The notes under the pieces were generated by a model, which saw only the letters and a program-made list of their open reading frames with translations, ran no database searches and was not told the DNA's origin. Source: Trichormus sp. ATA11-4-KO1 (GTDB lineage Bacteria; Cyanobacteriota; Cyanobacteriia; Cyanobacteriales; Nostocaceae). From it: DNA of 64,000 nucleotides. Shown here piece after piece: positions 41,782 through 53,139 of the stretch (position 1 is the first letter of the stretch; each line of letters begins with the position of its first letter). Position numbers and translations under genes: made by a program. The stretch lies in assembly GCA_019358915.1 (NCBI GenBank), contig JAHHIM010000005.1, positions 64,001 through 128,000 of the forward strand. Reading direction: 5' to 3'.

Positions 41782-41835
41782 TGTAAAGCCCTACGGGTAT
41801 AGCTGCGCTTAGAGCGGTAGCGGGGCGTAAAGCCC
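41782..41835. repeat. Small dispersed repeat, same family as 48455-48484
   Basis: GTAAAGCCCTACGGGTATAGCTGCGCTTA is close to the reverse complement of TAAGCGCAGCCATGCCCGCCAGGGCTTTAC. Confidence 0.7.
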
Positions 41836-41927
41836 GTGCTGAGTAAAAAATACTAGACCCTAGACCCTAAACCCTTTTTCATTTTTTCTAGTATATGCAG
41901 TTTTAAATTACAGCTTTAGTTTTTTCT

Positions 41928-42209
41928 CTATTGACTATTATCAACAGCATTGCGTAAGCGCATCAGTTGACGTCGCATTTGGGGTGAGGCTTTGAATTCA
42001 GACACTTCTTGCGCCTTGACAGATGCTTGCAGCGTCTCCAGAAACTCATCAGATCCTTCGGTCAAAGCGTCTAGCAGCACCTGTAAAAGTTGCTCGCGAT
42101 CGCCCAATAGACTTTTTTCCTCAATCAACCGGAATTTGAGATGTATTTCGCATTCATAAACACCTACTTCAATATTATTTATCTGGCGTGGTAATGCTTT
42201 CGAGTTCAT
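41928..42209 (-). CDS. Npun_R1517/Asr1734-family heterocyst differentiation regulator
   Basis: 93 aa MNSKALPRQINNIEVGVYECEIHLKFRLIEEK; position next to ndhM/prpJ as recalled for Anabaena PCC 7120. Confidence 0.85.
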   Translation of the reverse strand: MNSKALPRQINNIEVGVYECEIHLKFRLIEEKSLLGDREQLLQVLLDALTEGSDEFLETLQASVKAQEVSEFKASPQMRRQLMRLRNAVDNSQ

Positions 42210-43155
42210 AGTTTTGAGGATTGCTTTACTTAGTGGTCATCAAGGCGAGGAACTATATCCCCAGCCAAAATCCTTTATATTTTTTTGAATTTACAGTGCG
42301 GGAATTAACAATCTTTCTTCAATCCATAACAGTTGTATTCCATATTCACTCTCCTGTGTTTTTTTCCTTGCTAGACTTCACAAGCTAAAGTTGTGACTTC
42401 TAGTGCTAGATGCGTTTTAGGCAAACCATCACTATTATTCAGTTTTTAAGATTCTATACAATAAAGTTTCTGTAAGAACTTGTTCAAGCTTTTTAAAGGT
42501 TTTTACATTAACTTTATCTTCAAGTCAAGAATAGTTTAAGTTTTTACTGAAATTTTAGTGTTTGTACGTAAGTGGAATTGCTGATTTTTTTAGCTTTTAT
42601 TAAAGCTAGAGGTAGTTGTAACATAATTACGTAAAATTACTTGATGTACGTTTTTTTTATGCTGAAAATTCAGGAGATGTTGATGAATAAATTGCTGAAA
42701 AGTCAAATTTTGGTTTTGAAATATCATCAAAACTTCGACTAATAGATTTGTCTCAACATGACGGTAAGTTAGGTTATATCTTGCACCAGCAGGAAAAACC
42801 GCCATAGGTGAGAAATATAGGGTTGTATAGCAAAAATCATCTTAAGATGACTAAGCCACTGGTATAATCAAGAGCGCTGAGTTAAAAGACCGCCCACAAT
42901 TCGCGTGGCATTTACCGAGTGCGAACCACTAAAGTGGACTTGAGCTATGCAGTCTAGAAATAAATTTCTGGGTGAGATATGGGGTAGGTGCAAGATATCG
43001 GTTAGTAATTCACGCCTAATGTGACCACTACCCAGTGATTGTGGCAGCATAAAAGTATGGTTACGCTCAAAGCTCTAGTAATTAATGGGCATTCAAGCCC
43101 AGGCATAGCGTTTACAATGATTTCAGCGTAATTAACCCAAACTTTACACCCTGCT

Positions 43156-43515
43156 ATGGACAATCCCATTCTCCTCAAGTCCACAACCCGGCATGTTCGC
43201 ATTTTCGCGGCAGAAATTGATCGGGATGGCGAACTGGTTCCTAGTAATCAGGTTTTAACGTTGGATATTGACCCAGACAACGAATTCAATTGGAACGAAG
43301 ATGCCTTGCAAAAAGTTTATCGCCAGTTTGATGAACTAGTAGAAGCATCTAGTGGCCAAGATCTCACAGATTACAACTTACGCCGCATTGGGTCAGACTT
43401 AGAGCATTATCTGCGATCGCTCCTGCAAAAAGGCGAAATTAGCTACAATCTATCGGGTCGCGTCACTAACTACAGCATGGGACTCCCCCAAGTTGCAGTT
43501 GACGAAAATCAGTAG
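43156..43515 (+). CDS. ndhM: NAD(P)H-quinone oxidoreductase subunit M
   Basis: [40 protein letters not shown]. Confidence 0.95.
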   Translation: MDNPILLKSTTRHVRIFAAEIDRDGELVPSNQVLTLDIDPDNEFNWNEDALQKVYRQFDELVEASSGQDLTDYNLRRIGSDLEHYLRSLLQKGEISYNLSGRVTNYSMGLPQVAVDENQ

Positions 43516-43552
43516 TCGTCGTGAACTGCGTACACCAGAACATATAAAAACT

Positions 43553-43614
43553 CTTTGTGTCTTGGTGTCTTAGTAGTTGAAGATTTTTTACCACCAAGGC
43601 ACAAAGACACCAAG
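43553..43614. repeat. Inverted octamer repeats (CTTGGTGT / CACCAAG) forming a hairpin downstream of ndhM
   Basis: CTTTGTGTCTTGGTG..CACCAAGGCACAAAG. Confidence 0.65.
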
Positions 43615-44293
43615 TTTTTTCCAGTCATTTGGCAAAAAGGGACTGGGAACTAGAGACTAGCTAGAAGGACAGAGGGGCAGAAGAATTTTAGATTGAGGAT
43701 TGAACAATCTAAAAAATTGACAATATATTAAATTCCTGAGAACTTGCTCCTTGGCAAATTCTTAAATTTGGTGAATAATTTCTATTCCACCGTCAAAAAT
43801 CAAAATATGTCATGGTTATCAACTGGGAAAATGCTGAATCAAATCAAATATTTATTACCCAGAATTAACATAGTGTAAAGGCTAGAGTTGCTTAACTATC
43901 GGCCATCTTAATTCTTAATTAAGGTTAATGGATGCTAGACAACTTATAAACTCAAGAAATACCAGCATCATCTGCCTCTTGGTGATGAGGTAATCACTAA
44001 AATCCCACAGCATAGATTTACCTGGGTTATGCTTTGGTGACAGGGTGAGAGTTAGCCGCTCTGGCAAGGGAAAGTCACAGAGGAATAGAGGCTATCATGA
44101 GGCTGTAGGGTTCTTCTTAAGGAGTATGTTCTTTGCATCATTAAATCAAATTGATGATTAACAGGCACTGGTATCTGCCAGTTAGAATCATGATCCAAAA
44201 TTGGATACGTCGAGTTCCAGAAACAAGAGCGGTTTAGATTGCCGCTACCAATGCTGTTGAAAAAATTGCCAATCGCTGATTACTGCGAACACT

Positions 44294-46516
44294 ATGGAAA
44301 ATGATGCGGCAACGCTCTACTGCCCAAATGAAGCTTGTCTGGCTGCCAATCCTCTAACTCACAAGTTTTGCCAGCGATGCTCTACACCTCTGCCCAAACG
44401 TTACCTCTGGGCTGTGGGAGATAATCTGAATGTGGGTAGCCCTGGAGAAAGATTAGCCGATCGCTATTTAGTCATCAATAAATCAGTTGTTTTAGATACT
44501 AAGCCGGGGTTACTACCCCAAGCGCCTGAATCAGATAATTTACCGGGTATCAAAGCTTATTTGAGACTAATTCCCTATAGCTTAAACGTACCACAGGTAT
44601 ATGGAGTACTGCCCATCGCTGAGGGGCAATCTCACAAAGAAATTTTACTTTTAGAACGGCCGCCCTTGTACACAGATAGTTCAGTCCCACAAGTGCAGCT
44701 ATGTAGTCAGTTAACCACTGCTTGGCGCCATGCCACCTCAATGCGTCAACTTAATTGGCTATGGCAGATAGCTCATCTGTGGCAACCTCTAAAGAGTGAG
44801 GGCGTAGTTTCTAGCTTAATTGCTCCTCATTTATTACGAGTAGAAGGGTCATTAGTTCGCTTGTTGGAATTGCGTTTTGACTCCTCAACAGCCCCAGAAT
44901 TACCCCAATTAGGTGAATTTTGGCGACAATTACAGCCAGATTCCCAACCAGCGATCGCTGAATTTATGCACCAAGTTAGCAACCTGCTGATTCAGGGAGA
45001 AATTAATTCACCAGAAGTACTTATAGCAGTTTTAGATCAAGGACTGGCAGAATTAGGGCGATCGCAAACTCCCACAATTAAAATAGTTACGAAAACAGAC
45101 ACTGGGCCAAGTCGTCAACGCAACGAAGATGCCTGTTACCCTGCTAGTGGTACAGTTGTGAGCAAACCGCCACAGTCCTCAGCCTTAGCCATTGTCTGTG
45201 ACGGCATTGGCGGACATCAAGGAGGCAATGTTGCATCGAATTTGGCGATTGAAACAATTCAGCAGCAAGTACAGCAAATCACCAAAGTTCCCTATGACCA
45301 CATAGAACCCTCTCTGCTGCTAGCTGACTTAGACTCGGCAGTAGCACTTGCCAATGACAAAATTAGCCAGCGCAATGACAACGAAAATCGGCAAGGACGG
45401 CAACGGATGGGCACAACCTTGGTGATGGCGTTGCCTATGGCCCATGAAATGTATATTACTCACGTCGGTGATAGTCGTGCCTACTGGATTACCCGCCACG
45501 GTTGTTATCAAGTTACCCTTGATGATGATGTCGCTTCGCGAGAGGTCAGACTAGGCTATGCTATCTACCGGGAAGCTGTGCAACAAAGTGGTGCCGGCTC
45601 TCTTGTGCAAGCCTTAGGCATGAGTTCCAGCAACTCATTACATCCTACCTCCCAACGGTTTGTCCTTGATGAAGATGGAATTTTCCTGCTCACATCCGAT
45701 GGCTTGAGTGATTTTGACCGTGTGGAAGATTATTGGGAAACAGAAATTTTACCAATTCTTCATGGTGAAGATGATATAGTCAGCGTTGCTGGCAAACTAG
45801 TGGAAATCGCCAACACTAAAAACGGACATGATAATGTCACACTGGCATTAATACATTATCAAGTCAAATATTTTGAACCAGAATCCAGCCTCAAAGCAGT
45901 TATTCCCGATATTTCTGCCATCAAAGCGGCAAGTGCTGTAACTAAAGGCTTACAACCAACACTACTAGATAGTAGCCCCAACCAAAACACGCAAGTAATT
46001 CCCGAAAACCAGCCTACCAAAATAGTTAAACTGCCCTTAAATCTAATAGTGCCATTGCTATTAGCGATCGCAGCTGGTTCCCTCGGATATTTAATGATGC
46101 GACTGCGATCGCCATCAGATTTGCTGCCCACGACAAATGTACCACCAACTGTAACAAACCCAGTTATCGAGCGATCGCTAGCTAACCTCGATGCTGGATG
46201 GGTGATGCAAACCAACCAAGAAATTGCCTTAAACAATCAGGAAACTTTCCCCCCAGGCAGTTTTTGGCAAGTTATTGAGACAAAACCCAATCCCCAACCT
46301 GCTGCTGGGGATTTATTGGTGCATCTGCGGCTGTGTCCACAAGATCTACCCAACCCAACACTCAACCCTGCTCAAAAAGCAGTATGGATTCAACTCTCTC
46401 AACTGCAAAATCAAGTAAAGGTTCTACAAGCCAGCGATACCAGTCCATGTGATCGTGTCCCACAAGCACCAAATGCACAAAGTAACATCAGTGCAACCGA
46501 GTCAAAGACTCAATAA
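44294..46516 (+). CDS. prpJ: PP2C-type Ser/Thr phosphatase with N-terminal zinc ribbon and a TM helix (PrpJ1-like)
   Basis: CPNEAC..CQRC; RQRNEDA, VCDGIGGH, MGTT, HVGDSRAY, TSDGL, GHDNVT; synteny with ndhM. Confidence 0.85.
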   Translation: MENDAATLYCPNEACLAANPLTHKFCQRCSTPLPKRYLWAVGDNLNVGSPGERLADRYLVINKSVVLDTKPGLLPQAPESDNLPGIKAYLRLIPYSLNVPQVYGVLPIAEGQSHKEILLLERPPLYTDSSVPQVQLCSQLTTAWRHATSMRQLNWLWQIAHLWQPLKSEGVVSSLIAPHLLRVEGSLVRLLELRFDSSTAPELPQLGEFWRQLQPDSQPAIAEFMHQVSNLLIQGEINSPEVLIAVLDQGLAELGRSQTPTIKIVTKTDTGPSRQRNEDACYPASGTVVSKPPQSSALAIVCDGIGGHQGGNVASNLAIETIQQQVQQITKVPYDHIEPSLLLADLDSAVALANDKISQRNDNENRQGRQRMGTTLVMALPMAHEMYITHVGDSRAYWITRHGCYQVTLDDDVASREVRLGYAIYREAVQQSGAGSLVQALGMSSSNSLHPTSQRFVLDEDGIFLLTSDGLSDFDRVEDYWETEILPILHGEDDIVSVAGKLVEIANTKNGHDNVTLALIHYQVKYFEPESSLKAVIPDISAIKAASAVTKGLQPTLLDSSPNQNTQVIPENQPTKIVKLPLNLIVPLLLAIAAGSLGYLMMRLRSPSDLLPTTNVPPTVTNPVIERSLANLDAGWVMQTNQEIALNNQETFPPGSFWQVIETKPNPQPAAGDLLVHLRLCPQDLPNPTLNPAQKAVWIQLSQLQNQVKVLQASDTSPCDRVPQAPNAQSNISATESKTQ

Positions 46517-46739
46517 ACTCAATACACAGTCCTGAGTAAGAAATTATATTTTATCCTCTGCTCCCCTGCTCCCCTGCCCCTCTGCTCCCCATTGGCGGCA
46601 GCCTGCTTGCGGAAACTGATAAAAACCTGAAATAATACAGGTAACTAATACCCAAATGAAACACTCGCCAGCCAAACCTTTTACCCGAGGAAAATTGTTA
46701 TTGGCAATTAATTATTACACCTTTTAGTTTAGTGAATCC

Positions 46740-48320
46740 ATGCCATCCCTGAACTTGGCGATCGCCCGTCTCATCAATACTGGCACAAACAACTTCGCCA
46801 TTTGGGTGGTCAAGGCTCCCTATCCCAGTGGTTATGTTTTGCATGACTGTATATGGCCTGTCGAACTCACTCAAGTTTGGCAAGAATGGCAGCAGATGTT
46901 TGCTGGTCATAGTGGCTTAGATATTTCTCTGGGCTTCCAGCAAGGGCAAGTAAACCCACCCGCCATCAACTTGGTTTCACCCCTTTCAGGACAGACAACC
47001 GGTTACACTAGTCGCCTGATGCAATACTTGGGGATGAATCTGTGGCATTGGGTTTTTGATGGGCCGATTCTCGGTAGTCTCGAACGCAGTCGCGGTATGG
47101 CTATGGGACAGGATACACGTTTGCGCTTTCGACTGGAAATCCGTGATCCGGATTTGATCGCCCTACCTTGGGAAATCATGCAACGCGAGCCTGGACAACC
47201 GGCAATGTCCCTCTCGCCTGATTTGCTATTTAGTCGTACTACTAGCGAAGTTGAACCCCTGCCGTATTTGCGATCTGACCAAGCTTTAAATATTCTGCTA
47301 GTTTTAGGACATGATGAGAACCTACAATTAGAACGAGAAGCTGCTATCCTTGAACGAACTCTTGCCAGTGTTAGCCAGGTGGGTAGCAATTCTCAGGCAT
47401 ATGCACGCTGTACAGTGAATACACTCCTGCAACCTACTCCACAGAAGTTAATTCAAGAATTAGAAACCAAGGCATATAATGTCTTTTTTTATGCTGGTCA
47501 CGGATTGCCAGGCCCAGACGGAGGATTATTCTTTTTGCATCCTGGCATGACCCTCAACGGTATAGAATTAGCACAAGTATTAACCCGTAGTGGTTTAAAA
47601 TTGGCAGTTTTTAATGCTTGTTGGGGCGCACAACCAGCTGCTATTAATCATCAGGCTATCCCTGCTAGTAGTTTGGCAGAAGTATTAATTCGTCATGGTG
47701 TACCTGCTGTTTTAGCTATGCGTGACCAGATTGCTGATCATGAAAGCCATAGTTTTATTCAAGCCTTGACCAAAGCTTTGCGATCGCGTAAACCAATTGA
47801 TCAAGCCGTAGCCGAAGCTAGACAAGAACTGTTAACACTATATAAGTTCAATCAACCAGCTTGGACTTTGCCTGTTCTTTATCTGCATCCCGATTTCGAT
47901 GGCGAACTCATTAAGAGTTTTGATGAAGGAATTACAGAACTACCAGAGACTGGTATCCCTAATCTAAATTCCCCAATTCCCGTAGCCTGTTTGCGATCGC
48001 TTTCACCAGCAGGGCAAACCTGGTTTTTACGCTCTGGTGTCACCCGCATCGGCCGCACGAAAGAGAATGATATTGTCATCCCAGAACCTTCAGTTTCCAA
48101 GCGTCACGCCGAAATTTTATGCCGAAATACTCTCACTGGCACTACTTCAGTGAGAACTTATTACCTACAAGATTTCTCAACCTACGGTACAACCTGGTGT
48201 TTAGGCCCCAATGGTTGGCAACAAATCCTCCGTGAGGAAGTTCCCTTACAATCGGGAATGCAGTTAAAGTTTGGAAGTTCTAGAGGTGAAATTTGGCAAT
48301 TTGTGATTGAAGATACCTAA
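46740..48320 (+). CDS. CHAT (caspase-HetF) protease domain plus C-terminal FHA domain
   Basis: LPWE, FYAGHG (His), FNACWG (Cys), AWTLPVLY; RIGR..NDIVI..VSKRHA..STYGT FHA. Confidence 0.9.
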   Translation: MPSLNLAIARLINTGTNNFAIWVVKAPYPSGYVLHDCIWPVELTQVWQEWQQMFAGHSGLDISLGFQQGQVNPPAINLVSPLSGQTTGYTSRLMQYLGMNLWHWVFDGPILGSLERSRGMAMGQDTRLRFRLEIRDPDLIALPWEIMQREPGQPAMSLSPDLLFSRTTSEVEPLPYLRSDQALNILLVLGHDENLQLEREAAILERTLASVSQVGSNSQAYARCTVNTLLQPTPQKLIQELETKAYNVFFYAGHGLPGPDGGLFFLHPGMTLNGIELAQVLTRSGLKLAVFNACWGAQPAAINHQAIPASSLAEVLIRHGVPAVLAMRDQIADHESHSFIQALTKALRSRKPIDQAVAEARQELLTLYKFNQPAWTLPVLYLHPDFDGELIKSFDEGITELPETGIPNLNSPIPVACLRSLSPAGQTWFLRSGVTRIGRTKENDIVIPEPSVSKRHAEILCRNTLTGTTSVRTYYLQDFSTYGTTWCLGPNGWQQILREEVPLQSGMQLKFGSSRGEIWQFVIEDT

Positions 48321-48433
48321 GGAGTGAGGAGACAAGGAACAAAAGATTTTTTTCCCATGGCCAATACCCTAATCACTAGTAAAAAATCAAATTTTAAGTA
48401 CCTACGTATGAATCAATTCAAAATTCAAAATAG

Positions 48434-48600
48434 AGCCTCCGGCACGCTGCGCGGTAAGCGCAGCCATGCCCGCCAGGGCTTTACAAAATTCAAAATGAAA
48501 TCGCTGTATTCTCATACTGTCACCTGTTACCGTTCGGACTTCGGCGTGAGCGCTCAGTCGAACGCTGACGCTCACGGTGAAGCCTGTCACCTGTCCCCTT
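48434..48600. repeat. Stack of GC-rich small dispersed repeats and heptamer STRRs
   Basis: GCCTCCGGCACGCTGCGC..GGGCTTTAC flanked by AATTCAA units; CTTCGGCGTGAGCG..CGCTCACGGTGAAG flanked by CTGTCAC units. Confidence 0.65.
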
Positions 48601-48756
48601 TCCTGGCTAGATAATTTATTTTGCACGACTACTTATTAGCTAGTTCCATCATCAAAAAACCATATTTATCGTTAGACAAAATTAATTTTTTACGGAAATC
48701 TAAATCAGACAGTTGTAGCTGTCAATACTGCTAAATAATTCATCAGGAGGCAACAA

Positions 48757-49395
48757 ATGACTAACAAAAACAACCGTTCAGAAACTTTCCTATCTCAGGT
48801 CGAATTAGAGTTATTAGAGGTGTTACTAGCACCAGATGACGCCCCTTATCCTTGGAATCCGGCTGATGAGGATTCAGAAGCGTATTTTGACGAACTAGAA
48901 CGGCAGTTTGCCACACAGGATTTGCTAGATGAGGAACTGACTACCAAATCACAAACTTTTTATGAACAACTAGACAGCCTGTGGTCTAAGGTTTCTACTT
49001 GTTCGCGTGACATTTGTGAAGCAAATCAGTCAGTTGTAGACAATCTTCAGTTAACTTTACATACAGCTTTTGCTCATGGTGTACCCCAAGGCTGGCTCAG
49101 CGCGATCGCTCATAAAGCTGCGGAAATTTTTACTTCTCAACAATCCGTGGGCGAACAACTGGTGCAATGTGTACAAGCTGTATTACCTACTTGGGGTGCA
49201 GACGATTTGTTTGTTTTAGCCCGTCCCTTTGCTTATGCTATGCGTAGCAGCGAATCGCCAGACGTGAAATCAATAATTAATAACATTGAAAACCGAGACT
49301 GGAAAACTCTATCGGAAATTGAGCAAGCAAAGGTTAGTGTAGCGATCGCTTACTATGCTTTCAAGCAATTAAACCGTTCTCAGTCTGAAGACTAA
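48757..49395 (+). CDS. Conserved cyanobacterial hypothetical protein
   Basis: AGGAGG RBS; YPWNP and ARPFAYAMR motifs. Confidence 0.85.
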   Translation: MTNKNNRSETFLSQVELELLEVLLAPDDAPYPWNPADEDSEAYFDELERQFATQDLLDEELTTKSQTFYEQLDSLWSKVSTCSRDICEANQSVVDNLQLTLHTAFAHGVPQGWLSAIAHKAAEIFTSQQSVGEQLVQCVQAVLPTWGADDLFVLARPFAYAMRSSESPDVKSIINNIENRDWKTLSEIEQAKVSVAIAYYAFKQLNRSQSED

Positions 49396-49839
49396 TTTTA
49401 ATCTTTGATTTTTGTCGCTCTCTAAACTTTATTTCAATTCAGGTTGTAAGTATTGTTGCTTGCAGACTTGCAAATAATGTTTATGTTGTAAATTTGAGAA
49501 TTGTTGTTATTTTTGAGACACAAACATTCCATAATAATCTAACCATAGAGTGATGGCGATAATATCGCTATCTATCTGAAAATATAAAACAAAATTGCCA
49601 TTTGCTACAGCTAGCCTAGCACCCCATAATAAAAATCCAGTAAAAAAGTAAAAGGCAAAATATTGTATAATTCCAAGCCGGATTTAATTGGATTTTTTTG
49701 CTCAAAAGCCAGTCCAGCACAGACTTTGATTCTAAATAAGACTAACTTTTGCAACTTGGTACAAACAAGAGATCAGGAAATTTTGGCAATCAATTCTGAT
49801 CTTTTGACTTTTGCCTTTTGACTGATTAACTGCCATTAC

Positions 49840-51207
49840 TTATTTAGGCCCAATAAAGCGAGTGGCAAAATTTTGCGATCGCGTCGGTGACAACACCCGT
49901 GCCTTGAGAATTGCTGCCATCAAAAAGGCGTAAGATAATACCCCAACAACCACTAACAGTAAAGCATTGATAGATCCTGTAGCGTTCCACAAAGCGTGGA
50001 GTGCAGAGGCACTAAGATAACCAATAGAGAGAATCTGCCAACTCATCCGGGGTTTGAGTACAGCCAACCCGATAAAATACCCCAGATAACCACTGTAAGC
50101 CATATGTCCAGCTACAGAGCCTAAAATTCGCGGAATTAGCAGTTGAAACCCTGCCAATTGACCAGCCGCCCCAATGCCCACCTGTTGCGTAATATTTGGC
50201 ACATACTGTCCCAGAGTTTCCAGCAAGGTGAAGCCCACAGCAGAAGCTGTTCCCAGGAGAATACCATCTAGAGGTTCCCAAATACCTATGCGTTCCCGCC
50301 AAGGTGAAGGTAATCCTCGGCCAATGTAATATGCTCCAATTAAAGGTAACGCTTTGAGTAGTTCTTCCATTAATCCAGCACCGAAAAACATCCGCACCAG
50401 CAATTCGGTAAAGGTGGTAGGTTCTTGAGGTGAAGGCAAGTTACCAGGTAGGATGACACGAAACACAAAGATAAATAAATCCAACAGGGGACTGAGTAAA
50501 ATCAGTGTTGTACTCAAGGCCGCACCCATTAATACCCACCAAGGCTTCTGTTTACCGCAAAGTTGGTAAACAAAATAGTAAGCAGCAGATGCTATGTAAG
50601 TCGCTACTATTACCTGATTAGTTTGGGGCTGACCGACTGTAGCAAACATCAGCACCACAAATATTACTGTGAGTATTCCCGGTACGAGATAAGCTTTGCG
50701 AGTTAAATCTTTACCTGTGGAAATAATGGGAAAAAGTTGCGTGAAGCTAACCGAATCTGGCTGTTTTAAATGGGTGTGTCCGTGGTGATTTTTCGCTGAT
50801 GGTAGTGGTTTGACTTGGTTTGTCATCACGGTGGGTTGCGAGATCAAGTCATACTCGAAAATAAATTGCGGCCCATCAGCACCTAGAGCAATGCGATCGC
50901 CTGCGTGTAATTCTTGACATGCAGATAATCGTTTTCCATTTAAAAAAGTGCCATTAGCACTATTCAAATCACAAAGTACCCAACTAAATTTGCTATCTAG
51001 AGATGAGGAGAGGGGACGAACCACAGCATGACGGCGAGATACCATCCGATACATCATGGCATCCAAGACAACTTGGCAGGTGGGGTCGCGTCCAATTACT
51101 ACCTCTTTACTGGTAAGCAGCGAGTAGCGAGATTCTGACCCAGAAGCTGCCCCATTACTAGACACTAGCCGTAGAAATGCATTATGTCTTGCGTTTTTGC
51201 CTGTCAT
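49840..51207 (-). CDS. FHA domain plus PrsW-family intramembrane glutamic protease
   Basis: VVIGR..VSRRHA..NSANGT FHA; GLMEELLK, GFTLLE, GH, HALWN PrsW motifs. Confidence 0.9.
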   Translation of the reverse strand: MTGKNARHNAFLRLVSSNGAASGSESRYSLLTSKEVVIGRDPTCQVVLDAMMYRMVSRRHAVVRPLSSSLDSKFSWVLCDLNSANGTFLNGKRLSACQELHAGDRIALGADGPQFIFEYDLISQPTVMTNQVKPLPSAKNHHGHTHLKQPDSVSFTQLFPIISTGKDLTRKAYLVPGILTVIFVVLMFATVGQPQTNQVIVATYIASAAYYFVYQLCGKQKPWWVLMGAALSTTLILLSPLLDLFIFVFRVILPGNLPSPQEPTTFTELLVRMFFGAGLMEELLKALPLIGAYYIGRGLPSPWRERIGIWEPLDGILLGTASAVGFTLLETLGQYVPNITQQVGIGAAGQLAGFQLLIPRILGSVAGHMAYSGYLGYFIGLAVLKPRMSWQILSIGYLSASALHALWNATGSINALLLVVVGVLSYAFLMAAILKARVLSPTRSQNFATRFIGPK

Positions 51208-51762
51208 CGAGTTAGAGTGTCTTTCCAAACAAATTCATAAAAAATACTTTGGCAGTAGGACTTAACTTTAGCCACGCCAACAGCAGCATTGCTAACTACA
51301 CTATAGCTTTACTTACTGCGAAGAAATTTAAAATTTGCTCATTCAAAATTTAAAATTGCCTAACTCAATATTGATAAGCATTCTAGCTGGAAAAAAATTT
51401 TTCTGTGCTTGATTTATCAGTTGCATTAATTAGAGTCTATGGACATTCTAAAGGATGAGTGAAAATCTTCAGTAATCTAGAGCGGGCGTAGTCGATCAAA
51501 ATACAGATGTGGTAGGCAACACCCGCCTTAAGTGGATTTCAAAAATCAAATAGGAACTCTAATATTAGGTGAGACAGTCTTGACAATCCACTGTAAATTT
51601 CCTGCACAGAAATTGTTCAAATATTAGTAGTATTTGCCACATTTAGTTCCGTTTAAAAATATAAAGTTGGCAATGGTATGCTATGAGTTATATTTTTCTA
51701 CTAAAATATTTCTCAATTGTCTGCAAAGTTTTGTCAGGGCACAGCACTAAAGATATTTCAGT

Positions 51763-52365
51763 TTATTTGACTGTAGCTCTCTCTAGATGCTCAATCTTAG
51801 TGCCCAGTACTTGCAAAAACTCTGCTAACCAACGGGAATGAGCTGGCCAAGCAGGTGCTGTGACTAAATTGCCATCAACTATAGCTTCATCAACTGGAAT
51901 ACTTAAGTAAATCCCTCCAGCACTCGTAACATCTGGACTACAGGCAGGATAGGCAGTACATCTCTTTCCTTGCAGAACATCAGCTGCCGCTAACAACTGT
52001 AAACCATGGCAAATAGCAGCAATAGGCTTATTAAATTGGACAAAGTGACGGGTGATTTCTAGCACCTGCTGATTTAAGCGGATGTATTCTGGTGCTCGTC
52101 CTCCAGGGATAACTAAGGCATCGTAGGCTTCTGCTTTTACTTCTGCAAAGGTGGCATTTAAAGAGAAGTTATGACCAGGTTTTTCACTGTAAGTTTGGTC
52201 TCCTTCAAAGTCGTGAATTGCAGTTCGCACCTTGTCACCAGCCTTCTTGTCTGGGCAAACGACATCAACGGTGTGTCCCACCATTTGCAAAGCCTGGAAG
52301 GGAACCATGACTTCATAGTCTTCTACATAGTCCCCAACGAGCATCAAAATTTTTTTGGCAGCCAT
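51763..52365 (-). CDS. DJ-1/PfpI family protein
   Basis: [19 protein letters not shown]. Confidence 0.93.
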   Translation of the reverse strand: MAAKKILMLVGDYVEDYEVMVPFQALQMVGHTVDVVCPDKKAGDKVRTAIHDFEGDQTYSEKPGHNFSLNATFAEVKAEAYDALVIPGGRAPEYIRLNQQVLEITRHFVQFNKPIAAICHGLQLLAAADVLQGKRCTAYPACSPDVTSAGGIYLSIPVDEAIVDGNLVTAPAWPAHSRWLAEFLQVLGTKIEHLERATVK

Positions 52366-52490
52366 ATTTTGGTATCCTTACATGCTTAGTCATAAATTTA
52401 GAGTAAAGCACCACATGAAAGTGATGAGTTAACAAAGCGTAACGCAGGCTACAGACTCTATTTTTATTTGATCAAATAATAATGACTAAT

Positions 52491-52943
52491 TTAAAGCAGA
52501 TGAAATTCTGCTATTGCTCGGGGAAAGTTTTTGTTTTCATGTCCCGGACGGCTGAGTTTTATCAGGGCAAAACGCTGTAAGGAAGTTAATTCTGCCCACT
52601 GTTGCAGCGAGAGAGTAATACCTATTTCTTGCGCTTTTTCCTGAAGGCTAGCTGGCATAGTGCTAGAGTCCATCCATGCAGGATAAGAATCAATGGGTAA
52701 TTTTGCGACTGGTGTACCTGTGCGTTCTAAAATTAGCTGCTCGATATATTCTTGGTAAGCTTGAATTTCTGTTGTTGTAGTACAAGGTAATTCGACTAAG
52801 GCTTGGCGTTCAGCTTGAGTCATTTGGTGCCAATCAGATAATTTTAGCTTGATACCACAGCTATCTAGTTTGTAGCGTACCTGCATGGGTATGCAACGTA
52901 AGGCATCAACAAAATCTGCTTCAAATTCAAAGAAATTTGCCAT
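52491..52943 (-). CDS. narM: Nitrate reductase-associated protein
   Basis: FEFEADFV..LRCIPMQVRYKLD, QRFALIKLSRPGHENKNF. Confidence 0.9.
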   Translation of the reverse strand: MANFFEFEADFVDALRCIPMQVRYKLDSCGIKLKLSDWHQMTQAERQALVELPCTTTTEIQAYQEYIEQLILERTGTPVAKLPIDSYPAWMDSSTMPASLQEKAQEIGITLSLQQWAELTSLQRFALIKLSRPGHENKNFPRAIAEFHLL

Positions 52944-53139
52944 AATACCATTTTAGATTTTAAATTGTCTTCTGCGTCTGGATTTTACAAATCAATCTAT
53001 CGCCATGATTTTTCATCATGATGAAAATACAAACATGCATAATTTATTTAATTAACTATTATCATGTTTCAGTTTTAAGATGAAAAATAACTTTCAGGGT
53101 TAATTCTCATGATTTTGCTAAAAAAGAACTATATTAAAC

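Noticed and set aside
42618..42630. NtcA site upstream of the asr1734-like gene
   Set aside because: GTA-N7-TAC spacing does not fit the GTA-N8-TAC consensus
42860..43150. Possible sRNA or riboswitch after TATAAT upstream of ndhM
   Set aside because: No recognisable family motif or clear terminator; may simply be a long 5' UTR
48324..48626. Overlapping small ORFs on both strands
   Set aside because: Composed of dispersed repeats and STRRs; not protein-like
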